Assembly (NCBI GenBank): GCA_018655015.1
Contig: JABIKK010000008.1
Location: 8,791-72,790, forward strand
DNA from: Candidatus Woesearchaeota archaeon
GTDB taxonomy: Archaea; Nanobdellota; Nanobdellia; SCGC-AAA011-G17; UBA489
Direction: 5' to 3'
DNA length: 64,000 bases
The notes below the pieces were generated by a model, which ran no database searches, was not told the origin of the DNA, and saw only the letters and a list, made by a program, of their open reading frames with translations. A program made the position numbers and the translations under genes. Positions 19,866 through 29,261 of this stretch are shown in pieces (position 1 is the first letter of the stretch; each line of letters opens with the position of its first letter).

Positions 19866-20763
19866 CCCAAAACTTAATACTCTTTATCTTGTTGTTTTTT
19901 ATTTCTAAAAGGGTATTTACCTTAGGCCCAAAGCCTGCATTGATTACTGTGGTTTTTCCAAGCTTACATTTGGCAAAGTGTTCATGCATATGACCTCCAA
20001 TACAAACTAAAGGTTGATTCTTCTTACAAAATTCTGCAGCTATAGACGATCCAAAATGTTTTTTATAAAACGGATTGTCTTTTTCTAAAATTATGTCTAC
20101 TTTAGTTTTGTAAGGCACATTGTGTGAGATAAATATGTCTGTAAAGTCTCTATTCCTTCTTTTATGTAGTGCTACAAGCCTGTTAAGAATTTTATTATAT
20201 GCTTTTTTCAGTTTAGTTTGTTCTTTAAAGGTTAATCCTTGGTTTCCGTTGGGTTTTTCTGGGCCACTACATAGGCCATATCCTATTATATTAAAATTTC
20301 CAAATTTATGTAGTTTATACTGACAATCTTTTACATTTTTTAGTCCCTGTGTTAATATTTTGTTAGAATGTTTGCTGAGATACATATCTAAATTTGATTT
20401 AAGTCGGTTGTATCTACTTTTTGAAGAGTCTTTTATGTTTGTAGTACCATGGCTTTGATCCCAATTTCCCGGTGTAAAGAAAATTGGTTTGTTAAATTTG
20501 TTTAGGAATTCTAAGGTTTTTCTTCCAATAAGGAGTGACTCTTTTTCTATTTGGTTATATTTTTTCCTTCCTATTAACTTTAAGATGTATTCATCTGAAG
20601 ATATGATCTCTTTAGTTTTCTTTATGTGTTTTTTCCATAAGCCAACATATTTTCGCATCCCTTTATCTGAACATATATCTCCGGGTACAATTATTGCGTC
20701 AAATTCTTTAAAATGGATCTTTGGAATCCTACCATGCAAATCTCCTACAATTAAAAATTTCAT
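19843..20763 (-). CDS. calcineurin-like metallophosphoesterase
   Basis: LIVGDLHGR, IVPGDI and GGHMHEH metal-binding motifs. Confidence 0.75.
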   Translation of the reverse strand: MKFLIVGDLHGRIPKIHFKEFDAIIVPGDICSDKGMRKYVGLWKKHIKKTKEIISSDEYILKLIGRKKYNQIEKESLLIGRKTLEFLNKFNKPIFFTPGNWDQSHGTTNIKDSSKSRYNRLKSNLDMYLSKHSNKILTQGLKNVKDCQYKLHKFGNFNIIGYGLCSGPEKPNGNQGLTFKEQTKLKKAYNKILNRLVALHKRRNRDFTDIFISHNVPYKTKVDIILEKDNPFYKKHFGSSIAAEFCKKNQPLVCIGGHMHEHFAKCKLGKTTVINAGFGPKVNTLLEIKNNKIKSIKFWDGKNEFQ

Positions 20764-21474
20764 TCAGTTTTCTCCTAACCACTTAAGTAAGAGTTCTCTT
20801 GATGATTGGTTTTGCTTTAGAATTTCTATTCCATGTAGATTGCCCTTGTAGGGTTCGAACCTTATTTTACTTTTTGATAAGCTAAATAATTTGTTTGAGG
20901 AATTCCAAGAGTATTCATCTTCTTCGCTAGCCATGATCAAGAGTGGACGGTTATACCTTTTTATGCTGTCTAATGTGTTTATTCCTTGATACTCAATTCC
21001 TGGAGAGAGAAGTGCTACCCTATGTATTTTCGGATCTCTAACAGCGTAGTTAAGTCCAATGTTTGCCCCAATTGATGCCCCGATTATGGATACTTCTTGG
21101 ATGTCTTGCCCATTTAGATATTCTAGTGCCAACTCTACATCAGAAGACATTTTGTTGAAATCCTCTTGGCTTATTTCTTTTATTTGGTTTTCTCCATGCC
21201 CTCTTAAATCAAATGTTAATATACTATATTCCTTTGATCTAAGATCAGGAATTAAGAAATCCCAAGATGTCCTATCTTGTTGGTACATATGTATTAAGAT
21301 TATTCCTTTGTTTGAATTTTCCGGATAGAAATCTGCATTTAAGGAAGTTCCATCTGAAGTTTGAAGTGTTATTTTTTGTTTGATTACAGTTCCTACTTCT
21401 TCTTGAGGGTTGTAGAATATGAATGCTATTGCTAAAATAATGACAATTGTTAGAGCTATAGTTTTAATTCCCAT
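20764..21474 (-). CDS. alpha/beta hydrolase with an N-terminal membrane anchor
   Basis: GASIGANIG (GxSxG) nucleophile elbow. Abuts neighbouring genes in the operon. Confidence 0.7.
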   Translation of the reverse strand: MGIKTIALTIVIILAIAFIFYNPQEEVGTVIKQKITLQTSDGTSLNADFYPENSNKGIILIHMYQQDRTSWDFLIPDLRSKEYSILTFDLRGHGENQIKEISQEDFNKMSSDVELALEYLNGQDIQEVSIIGASIGANIGLNYAVRDPKIHRVALLSPGIEYQGINTLDSIKRYNRPLLIMASEEDEYSWNSSNKLFSLSKSKIRFEPYKGNLHGIEILKQNQSSRELLLKWLGEN

Positions 21475-21475
21475 T

Positions 21476-22834
21476 TTATATGTAGTTTAATGTTGAATAT
21501 GCATACACAGCATTTAGATTGCTGTGGTAAATTACTACACTATTGTATGATTGAATATTTGAGATATAATTGAGTATTTCATATTCCTGTGTTCCTGAAA
21601 CTTCTTGAAGTGGATCTAATAATAAATTTCCTGCATCCAAGTCTTCTTTTGTTGTAACTACTTGTTTAGTTGCAAGATATACGTTTAGGTTTGGATCTAA
21701 GTTTGTGTTAGCTATGGAGAACAACTGGTCAAATATTATTTTATGTGTTCCACTTTCATAAGAATACAGTTCTATGTCTCCCGATGTTATTCTCTGTACT
21801 GCTGTGAAGCTTCCGGTTGAAAGTAATGTTGAACTTGGAGGACAGTCATTATCTGTTGAATAAGCACAGCTGGATGGGCAGCACCCATCGTTTGAATTAC
21901 ACATAGTTATTTCGCTATAAACACATTCTGCAGTACATAGGGACGCTGAACCAAGAAGGGTGTTAGTAGTACAAGTGTTGTTATCATTGCAGGACTGAAC
22001 ATTTATAGGACAATCTCCATCACATTCTTCTGGAGCTTCCTTTACACTGTTTCCACAAACTGGATCACAATCGCTATCTGTTAGAGTTGTGCAATTTGTA
22101 GGGCAATACCCATCTAAGTCTACACATAAAGGGTAATTATGAACGCATTCTTTTGGTGCTCCTTCTGAAGGTGAAACACAAGAATCGATTGTTTCTGGAT
22201 CGTCATCACCACATTCTAAATCAGATGTACAAGCTAGTTGTATTAAACAATCTAGGTCTGTTGTTTCATTACAACCTTCAGGACAGAAATTATCTTCTCC
22301 TATACAAGTAGTTATTTCATTGTTGAAACAAGTTCCTTCTGAACAATAGTCTAATGTGCTAGTTACATTGTCATCACAAATTATAGGGGTACATTCATGG
22401 TTAGACATATCTTCACATGAAGTACAATATAATGGGGAGCATTCATTGTTTAAACAAATTTCATTAAATAAACATTCTTCATTTGTCGAGCAACCATACC
22501 CTTTATTTTCGGTTAGAGGTGTTTTTTTAATATTGTCTTGTGTTTGTTGAGAATATGTTGTTTCTTCATTTGTTGTGTCAGCCGCTGAATCATTTCCAGA
22601 CAATATAAACATAATTGGAATTAAAATTATTATAAAAATTAAGGCAATTCCTAGCAATGTTGTAGTGCTTATGTGTTTTTGTGGTTTGGCTGCAACTGCT
22701 ATTGCCTCGTCTGCTTCAGTTATATTAAACCCTCTAGATAACATAATTTCTCTAGTGGCATCTACCGTAAACCCTCTATTTGAGAGCTCTTTTGCATATT
22801 CAACGGCTTTTTTATTTACCACTTTATTTTCCAA
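21476..22834 (-). CDS. single-pass membrane protein with a large extracellular Cys-rich domain (Myxococcus-type cysteine-rich repeats)
   Basis: Cytoplasmic N-terminus, one TM, then over 60 Cys including CGNSVKEAPEECDGDC, which matches the CGNG..E.GEECD repeat. Confidence 0.6.
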   Translation of the reverse strand: MENKVVNKKAVEYAKELSNRGFTVDATREIMLSRGFNITEADEAIAVAAKPQKHISTTTLLGIALIFIIILIPIMFILSGNDSAADTTNEETTYSQQTQDNIKKTPLTENKGYGCSTNEECLFNEICLNNECSPLYCTSCEDMSNHECTPIICDDNVTSTLDYCSEGTCFNNEITTCIGEDNFCPEGCNETTDLDCLIQLACTSDLECGDDDPETIDSCVSPSEGAPKECVHNYPLCVDLDGYCPTNCTTLTDSDCDPVCGNSVKEAPEECDGDCPINVQSCNDNNTCTTNTLLGSASLCTAECVYSEITMCNSNDGCCPSSCAYSTDNDCPPSSTLLSTGSFTAVQRITSGDIELYSYESGTHKIIFDQLFSIANTNLDPNLNVYLATKQVVTTKEDLDAGNLLLDPLQEVSGTQEYEILNYISNIQSYNSVVIYHSNLNAVYAYSTLNYI

Positions 22835-23756
22835 GTAATCTCAAAAGAATTGCTTTTTGAATGTGAAGCCTATTTTGTGCTTGTGGAAAAACAACAGATC
22901 TCTTTCCATCTATTATTTCTGTTGTAACTTCGTGCCCCCTCATTGCTGGGAGACAATGCATAAATATTGCTGACTTTTTTGTTTTTGAAAATACTTTTCT
23001 ATTAACTTGAAAAGGTTTTAGGTCCTTTAGCCTTCTATCTTTTTCTTCTTGTGGTATTCTGTAAGACATCCATGAGTCTGTGTAAATTACATCGGCGTTC
23101 TTAGCAGCTAATAAGGGATTCGTTGTTATTGTTGCAGGTTTGTTTTTATGTTTTTTCGCCAATTTTTTTATTTCCTTCATTACCTTATCTTTGGGATAGT
23201 ACTCTTTTTGTTTTGGACATGCTATTGTTAGTGTGTTTCCTGTTAGGGCGCAAGCTCTCATTAAAGAATAAGTTACGTTATTTTCTGCATCTCCTAGATA
23301 TGCAATCTTCAATCCTTTTATTTTGCCTAGTTTTTCTTTGATTGTTAAAAAGTCGCCAAGAATTTGACAAGGGTGACCCTCATTTGTCATCATATTTATT
23401 ACAGGTATTGATGCGTTTTTTGCCAATTTCTTTATTTCTGAATGTGAATAGATTCTTGCAGCAATTACATCGCAGTACTGGCTTAGTGTTTTTGCTACAT
23501 CCTCCATAGATTCCTTTCCTAGCCCCCAAGGCGAGTTTTCGGCATAATAGTTTATTGCATCCCCATGCAATTGTGTCATTGCAACTTCGAACGAAACTCT
23601 GGTTCTTAATGATGGGGCTTGAAATATCATAATTAATGACTTTTCGAAAAGACTTCTTGCATACATTGATTTTCTATTTTTTATCTCAATTGCATTTTTT
23701 ATTAATGCTTGAAAGTCTTTTGGACTTAAGTCTGATATGCTTATTAAATTCTTCAT
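22824..23756 (-). CDS. argF: ornithine carbamoyltransferase family
   Basis: SLRTRVSFEVA (STRTR), HCLPA, carbamoyl-P binding. Ornithine-binding loop is atypical (DSWMSY instead of DVWxSMG). Confidence 0.85.
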   Translation of the reverse strand: MKNLISISDLSPKDFQALIKNAIEIKNRKSMYARSLFEKSLIMIFQAPSLRTRVSFEVAMTQLHGDAINYYAENSPWGLGKESMEDVAKTLSQYCDVIAARIYSHSEIKKLAKNASIPVINMMTNEGHPCQILGDFLTIKEKLGKIKGLKIAYLGDAENNVTYSLMRACALTGNTLTIACPKQKEYYPKDKVMKEIKKLAKKHKNKPATITTNPLLAAKNADVIYTDSWMSYRIPQEEKDRRLKDLKPFQVNRKVFSKTKKSAIFMHCLPAMRGHEVTTEIIDGKRSVVFPQAQNRLHIQKAILLRLLGK

Positions 23757-25084
23757 TTTTTCCTCTTTATCTTGACCTTTTTTAGGACATCTTTTATGTC
23801 GGGTTTTCCAATTTCTTTTAGAACATAATTAACCTCTATGAACGGCTTTTTTATCTTTATTTGTCTTTTTAGACTAACTGGTGTTCCGTCAATTACCATA
23901 TCAACTTTTGATTTATTTATTGTATCTTGCAAATCTTTATTTTGTTTGGGAGTGTATCCCATTGCTGGAAGTTCTTTTCCATGGACTAAGTGGGGATATT
24001 TTTTGTAAGTTTCTTTTAATGTGCCTACAATGAATTTGTGAGGTTCAACAATTTTAGCACCATACTTTTTAGCGGCTATTGTTCCTGCACCAAAACTCAT
24101 ACCACCATGTGTTAACGTTGGACCATCACCTACAATTAGAACTTTTTCCCCCTTTAGAGATTTTGGATTTTCAATAACTAGTTTAGATGCGGCTTTTATG
24201 ACGGTCGCTTTTGGATTATGTTTTTTTATATTTTCCATTAATTTTTTGATACCTTCTTTTGGAGCTGAGTCCATTTTATTGATTACTAGAACGTCTGCAG
24301 CTTTGAAATTGACTTCTCCAGGATAATATAACATTTCATGCCCTGCTCTGTGAGGGTCCAGAACTACAATATTAAGATCTGGTTTGTAGAAAGACATGTC
24401 ATTGTTTCCACCATCCCAAATAATTACATCTGCCTCTTTTTCTGCTTTTTTTAGTATCTTACCATAATCTACACCTGCATAGATGGGTATTTCTAATTTT
24501 ACCCAAGGATCATATTCCTCTCTTTCTTCTATAGTGCATTTGTTTTTTATCATATCTTCATAGGTTGTGAATCTTTGTACTTCTTGTTTAACTAAGTCTC
24601 CATAAGGCATTGGATGTCTAATTGCAACAACCTTGTAGCCTTGGTCTCTAAGAATTCTTGCAACTTTTCTTGAAGTCTGAGATTTGCCTGCGCCAGTTCG
24701 GACTGCGGTTATCGAGACTAAAGGTACTTTTGATTTTATTTGAGTTTCTTCAGTTCCTAGTAGGTAGAAGTTTGCTCCTGCTGCGAGAACTGTCGAAGCT
24801 TTATTCATAACCTCTAAATGGGGTAAGTCTGAATATGACAAGTAGACATTACTTACTTTTTTTTGTTTGATTAGATTTGGTAATTGTGATTCAGGATAAA
24901 TTGTAATCCCTTTTTTGTAATACTTTCCTGCAAGTTTTGCTGGGAATTTCCTATCTACTATTCCTGGAATTTGTTCTGCAGTAAAACCAATTACATTGTA
25001 ATAAGGATTGTTTTTGAAGTATACTAAGAAATTATGGAAGTCTCTTCCAGCCGCACCCATTATAATAACGTTCTTTTTCACCAT
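23753..25084 (-). CDS. P-loop protein, possibly cyclic 2,3-diphosphoglycerate synthetase-like (COG2403/DUF1611-like). Function uncertain
   Basis: N-terminal Rossmann-like VIIMGAAGRDFHNF. Walker-A-like AVRTGAGKSQT. Lies between carbamate kinase and OTC with overlapping ends. Confidence 0.45.
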   Translation of the reverse strand: MVKKNVIIMGAAGRDFHNFLVYFKNNPYYNVIGFTAEQIPGIVDRKFPAKLAGKYYKKGITIYPESQLPNLIKQKKVSNVYLSYSDLPHLEVMNKASTVLAAGANFYLLGTEETQIKSKVPLVSITAVRTGAGKSQTSRKVARILRDQGYKVVAIRHPMPYGDLVKQEVQRFTTYEDMIKNKCTIEEREEYDPWVKLEIPIYAGVDYGKILKKAEKEADVIIWDGGNNDMSFYKPDLNIVVLDPHRAGHEMLYYPGEVNFKAADVLVINKMDSAPKEGIKKLMENIKKHNPKATVIKAASKLVIENPKSLKGEKVLIVGDGPTLTHGGMSFGAGTIAAKKYGAKIVEPHKFIVGTLKETYKKYPHLVHGKELPAMGYTPKQNKDLQDTINKSKVDMVIDGTPVSLKRQIKIKKPFIEVNYVLKEIGKPDIKDVLKKVKIKRKK

Positions 25085-25091
25085 CTTTTAA

Positions 25092-26039
25092 TTACCTCTT
25101 TATGATTGTTCCACTTTGTCCTATTAATGCTTTTTGTATTTTGTTTGGAGATGTAATTATTGTGTGTTTACCACCTTTTTTTATGAATTTAATCGCGGCC
25201 TCTATTTTTGGACCCATAGAACCTTTTGGGAATTGTCCTTCTTTTAATAGTTTAGAAGCTTCTTTTATGGTTAAGCTTTTTATTGGTTTTTGATTCTTCT
25301 TTTTATAATTGAGATATGCGTTGGGTTCGTTCATAAGAATTATTAATGTTTTTGCTTTTATCGAGTTAGCTAGGCATGCAGATGCTAAATCTTTATCTAT
25401 TACTGCTGGCGCACCATGTAAAATCTTTCCCTTATCTTTAACTATTGGAACTCCGCCGCCGCCTGCCGCAATAACAATTGATTTATTCTTTAGTAATACA
25501 TCAATTATCTTTACATCATCAATGGACTTAGGTTTTGGTGAGGCTACGACTTTTCTCCAACCCCTTCCAACTTGTTCAACAATTTTATAACCTTTTTTCT
25601 TTATTTTTTGCGCTTGCGCTTTGCTGTAAAATGGACCAATGGGTTTTGTAGGGTTTTTGAATGCCGGATCTTTTTTATCTACAATTACTTGTGTTAGTAC
25701 GCTCACTACTGGAATTTTTATTTTATTTTTTGTTAAAACATTTTGTAAACTTTGTTCAATCATGTAACCTAATTCACCCTGTGATTCTGCAACACATACT
25801 TCTAATGGAATTGAGTATGCTTTTCCTAAAGATTCTTCAACACGGATTAGAATATTTCCAACTTGAGGCCCATTTCCATGAGTTATAACTAATTTATTTT
25901 CGTTTTTTATTAATGGAATTAAATATTCCATAGTCTTCTTTGCGTTCTTGAATTGATTAGAAATTGTAGGTTTCTCACCTGTTTTAATGAGGGCATTTCC
26001 TCCTAGTGCTACTACTACCTTTTCACCTCTTCTAAGCAT
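25092..26039 (-). CDS. arcC: carbamate kinase
   Basis: VVALGGNAL and HGNGPQVG signatures, amino-acid kinase fold. Confidence 0.9.
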   Translation of the reverse strand: MLRRGEKVVVALGGNALIKTGEKPTISNQFKNAKKTMEYLIPLIKNENKLVITHGNGPQVGNILIRVEESLGKAYSIPLEVCVAESQGELGYMIEQSLQNVLTKNKIKIPVVSVLTQVIVDKKDPAFKNPTKPIGPFYSKAQAQKIKKKGYKIVEQVGRGWRKVVASPKPKSIDDVKIIDVLLKNKSIVIAAGGGGVPIVKDKGKILHGAPAVIDKDLASACLANSIKAKTLIILMNEPNAYLNYKKKNQKPIKSLTIKEASKLLKEGQFPKGSMGPKIEAAIKFIKKGGKHTIITSPNKIQKALIGQSGTIIKR

Positions 26040-26070
26040 ACCTTTGTTAAGAATTTTCTATTTATATGTT

Positions 26071-26508
26071 TTAGTAATAGCTGTATCTGTAATTGCTTCC
26101 ATAACTGTTTGTATAAGAGAACCCATGTTTATAGTATGGGTGATATCCATTGTAGTATCTTGTTCTGTATGGGCTGTAGTATCTATTGTATGTAGGGTAA
26201 TAATTACTATTGTAGTACCCTCTGCCATAGTATCCAGAATTGTGAATGTTAATTTCTATGTTGTTGTTTGTTGATTCTACATTCTGTCTTTTTTGTTCAG
26301 TTAGAGATTGTCCTAACTTAGATGTTGTCTCTTGAACAGGTTGCTGTGCTTGGTTAACAGTTCTAAGACTGTTTACAACTAATACTTGATTTGTGTTTGC
26401 TGATTCTTCTGAACCTCCAAATACCCATCCAAAAGTAAATACTCCTAAGAGTAAAATTAATGCAACTACTATTCCAAATGCAACATGTAATTTTCTTTCT
26501 TGGTCCAT
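26071..26508 (-). CDS. membrane-anchored low-complexity protein with a Tyr/Asn/Arg/Gly-rich C-terminus
   Basis: N-terminal TM, then a C-terminal stretch with about 25 Tyr in 55 aa (YYGRGYYNSNYYPTYNRYY...). Confidence 0.5.
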   Translation of the reverse strand: MDQERKLHVAFGIVVALILLLGVFTFGWVFGGSEESANTNQVLVVNSLRTVNQAQQPVQETTSKLGQSLTEQKRQNVESTNNNIEINIHNSGYYGRGYYNSNYYPTYNRYYSPYRTRYYNGYHPYYKHGFSYTNSYGSNYRYSYY

Positions 26509-26542
26509 CTTCTATTCCTCCGTTAGATGCACCTCTCTTTTT

Positions 26543-27085
26543 CTAAAATGAGCAAACTTCTTGTAATTCTTGAAGTTTTTCTTGAGCTTCATAAAGATTA
26601 CCTTGATCTGAATCTGAAGCTAGTTTTGCCTCTTCTATTTTAGGCTCGTATTCGTTTTTTAAGCTTTCTAATTTTTCTTCGTATTCATTTTTCAATATAT
26701 TGTATGTATCATCGTTCTCACCTAGATACGAAAGGATGTCATTAACATCATCTTCTGCCTGTTTTATTTTAAATGAACATTCTCCGCCATATTCATAGTA
26801 CTCATAGACTTCATACTCTTCTTCAATTATCTCTTCGTTAGTATCCTCTATTTGGTCTTGTGAGTCTTTATTACTTAAGCTAGGATTATTTGCTAAATCA
26901 TCTTGAAATGTGTCTTCTACTACTCTTCCAGTGATTTTTGTGGAATCTTCTCCACTAAACAGCGTTCCAAGTGAGAAGAACAATGCAACTAGAATTATCC
27001 CAATTACTAATTGGTGGCTTTTTTTAGGCATTAAACTACCGTAGCCGAACATTTTGGCATTTCGAATCTTATTTCTTATGCTCAT
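26543..27085 (-). CDS. membrane-anchored acidic coiled-coil protein
   Basis: N-terminal TM. E/D-rich region with heptad character. Confidence 0.5.
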   Translation of the reverse strand: MSIRNKIRNAKMFGYGSLMPKKSHQLVIGIILVALFFSLGTLFSGEDSTKITGRVVEDTFQDDLANNPSLSNKDSQDQIEDTNEEIIEEEYEVYEYYEYGGECSFKIKQAEDDVNDILSYLGENDDTYNILKNEYEEKLESLKNEYEPKIEEAKLASDSDQGNLYEAQEKLQELQEVCSF

Positions 27086-27193
27086 TTTATGATTTAATTG
27101 TTCTCTGGGTGGTTTATAAACTTTTTCTGTCTTGGAAAGATTTATAAAAATCTTAGGAGAATTAAGTCTTATAATTAAGATGGGGGTTAAAAA

Positions 27194-27469
27194 ATGGCTG
27201 AAAGATCTGAAGCTTTAATGCGAATCGTTGTAGGAATTGTATCTGGCATCATATTGGGTGTTTGGAAAATGATTATACAGGTTTTTACAATAGTTAATTT
27301 TATTATTACACTCTTTACAGGAAAGAGAAATAAGGATTTAGCTTTGTTTTGTGAAATCTGGAATACACAAGTTTATATCTTTTTTAGATATATGACATTT
27401 GTGAATAACAAAAGACCATTTCCTTTTGTTAGTTTAAAAAAATCAATGAGTAAGTTTGAGAGGAATTAA
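27194..27469 (+). CDS. small membrane protein
   Basis: ORF with 2 hydrophobic helices. Confidence 0.35.
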   Translation: MAERSEALMRIVVGIVSGIILGVWKMIIQVFTIVNFIITLFTGKRNKDLALFCEIWNTQVYIFFRYMTFVNNKRPFPFVSLKKSMSKFERN

Positions 27470-27487
27470 TTCCTCTTATTTTTTATT

Positions 27488-28090
27488 ATGAAAGAGGATA
27501 GGCCGAATTGGATTTATATTGTATCTTTGATAGTATTTATTGGGCTAATCTTTATTGCTTATTTTTCTGGAGTTAGAGACTATGTTAATGATGGGATTAT
27601 TATGATCTTCTTATTATCTTTAGCATTTTTTGCATGGGATTCTTTAAAACTCAAACCTTGGGTATTTTTACTAATCGCTTTTGGATTTTTGTTACACAAC
27701 TTTGGAGTTTTTGGATTCTATAATGATTCTCCATTGTTTATTCAATGGGACCATATAACTCACTTTTTTGGTGAGTTGGCAATGGGGGCCTTTGTGTTTA
27801 ATTACATGTACCGGAGCGGTATTTTTGTTGGTGGGAAACTACAAACATTCTATTTATGTTCTATTGCAGTTTTAGCGGCTATGGGCTTTGGCGTTTTTGT
27901 GGAGTTTATGGAGTTTGGAGGTTATTTTCTTGTTGGTGAAGGTGCAGGAGTTTTAGGCCATGGTTTGGGAGATATAAATACAGAATTTATTAATAGTGAG
28001 TGGTTCAACACAATGTTTGATTTGATTTACAATTTTATTGGGGCTGTTGTTGGGGTTGTGATTGCCTATTTTGTTTCTAGAATTAAGTAA
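27488..28090 (+). CDS. polytopic membrane protein (about 6 TM), unknown function
   Basis: Hydrophobic profile, several conserved-looking His. Convergent with the CuA protein. Confidence 0.55.
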   Translation: MKEDRPNWIYIVSLIVFIGLIFIAYFSGVRDYVNDGIIMIFLLSLAFFAWDSLKLKPWVFLLIAFGFLLHNFGVFGFYNDSPLFIQWDHITHFFGELAMGAFVFNYMYRSGIFVGGKLQTFYLCSIAVLAAMGFGVFVEFMEFGGYFLVGEGAGVLGHGLGDINTEFINSEWFNTMFDLIYNFIGAVVGVVIAYFVSRIK

Positions 28091-28526
28091 CTATTATTTT
28101 TCCAGCCATATGACTATGTCCGGATCCACAGAACACGCTACAACTGAAACTGAATTCTCCAATTTTATCTGCTGTGAATTTTATATCTATACTTTGACCT
28201 GGTTGTAAATCTTCATTTATGTTAAATTCTGGGATTAGAATTCCATGTGTTACATCTAAACTAGTGATATGGAGGATTACTTCATTTCCGAGATCAACAT
28301 TAATTATTGAGGGATTAAATTCCCAATTTTTTGCAGTTATTTCGAATTCTTTTATGTTTGAAGTTGTTTTTGGAATGTTCTCATTTTCAATGACGATACT
28401 CATCCCAGGAGGTTCTTCAATTTCAGGAATTCCTTGCTGAGAGGGATTTTCTTCGGTAGCGGAAGGGTTGCATCCAATTAGCAGAACTAAGGTTGTTAGA
28501 ATTATGAGTATAAGCCCTCTTTTCAT
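28083..28526 (-). CDS. lipoprotein with a cytochrome c oxidase subunit II-type CuA cupredoxin domain
   Basis: Lipobox LLIGC. TSLDVTHGILIPEF (COX2 TSxDVxHSxxxP motif). 35 residues later, CSVFCGSGHSHM gives C-x3-C-G-x2-H-x2-M, the full CuA ligand set. Confidence 0.7.
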   Translation of the reverse strand: MKRGLILIILTTLVLLIGCNPSATEENPSQQGIPEIEEPPGMSIVIENENIPKTTSNIKEFEITAKNWEFNPSIINVDLGNEVILHITSLDVTHGILIPEFNINEDLQPGQSIDIKFTADKIGEFSFSCSVFCGSGHSHMAGKIIVT

Positions 28527-28682
28527 AGAATTTTGATATTTTTCTTTCTTTTAAATGAATTGTTTTTTTGATGAGTTAACAATTGTTTACTGGAGCATAT
28601 AAATCTTAATAAATGCTAATTGTTGCTTAAATAGACATTTACAAGCCTTTTTTGGCTTTATTACATTCTTTGGAGGAATAAA

Positions 28683-29261
28683 ATGACTGATGAAATTAAA
28701 TTAGAAATTGGAGAAATGGCTCCTAGTTTTACTGCTGAAGCTTTAGTTGGAAATGATACTAAAAAAGTAAGTCTTAGTGATTACAAGGGTAAGTGGGTAG
28801 TTCTATTTTTCTATCCTGCAGATTTTACATTTATCTGCCCAACAGAACTTGGAGATTTAGCTGATAAGTATGAGGAGTTTAAGGCAATTAACACTGAAAT
28901 TTTGAGTGTTAGTACTGATACTGCTTTTGTACACAAAGCTTGGAAGGATAATTCTGAAACAATTAAGAAAATAAATTTTCCAATGATTGCAGACCCTACT
29001 GGTAGGATGTGTAGGAATTATGGAACTTACATACGTGATGAAGGTTTATCTTTAAGAGGAACTTTTGTTATAGATCCTGAAGGAAATTTGAAAGCTTATG
29101 AATTACACGATAATTCTATTGGCAGAAGCACTAATGAGTTGTTAAGAAAAATTAAAGCTGCACAATTTGTTGAAGAGCACGGCGATCAAGTTTGTCCTGT
29201 TAATTGGGAACCTGGAAATGATACATTAAAACCTGGAATGGATTTAGTTGGTAAAATATAA
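28683..29261 (+). CDS. peroxiredoxin (2-Cys Prx/AhpC family)
   Basis: FTFICPTE peroxidatic Cys motif and resolving-Cys region VCPVNW. Confidence 0.9.
   Translation: MTDEIKLEIGEMAPSFTAEALVGNDTKKVSLSDYKGKWVVLFFYPADFTFICPTELGDLADKYEEFKAINTEILSVSTDTAFVHKAWKDNSETIKKINFPMIADPTGRMCRNYGTYIRDEGLSLRGTFVIDPEGNLKAYELHDNSIGRSTNELLRKIKAAQFVEEHGDQVCPVNWEPGNDTLKPGMDLVGKI

Noticed and set aside
23753-25084. Considered calling this arginine deiminase (arcA) because of its position between arcC and the OTC gene
   Set aside because: No amidinotransferase-fold motifs. It instead has Rossmann-like and P-loop-like motifs, so it is called an uncertain P-loop protein.
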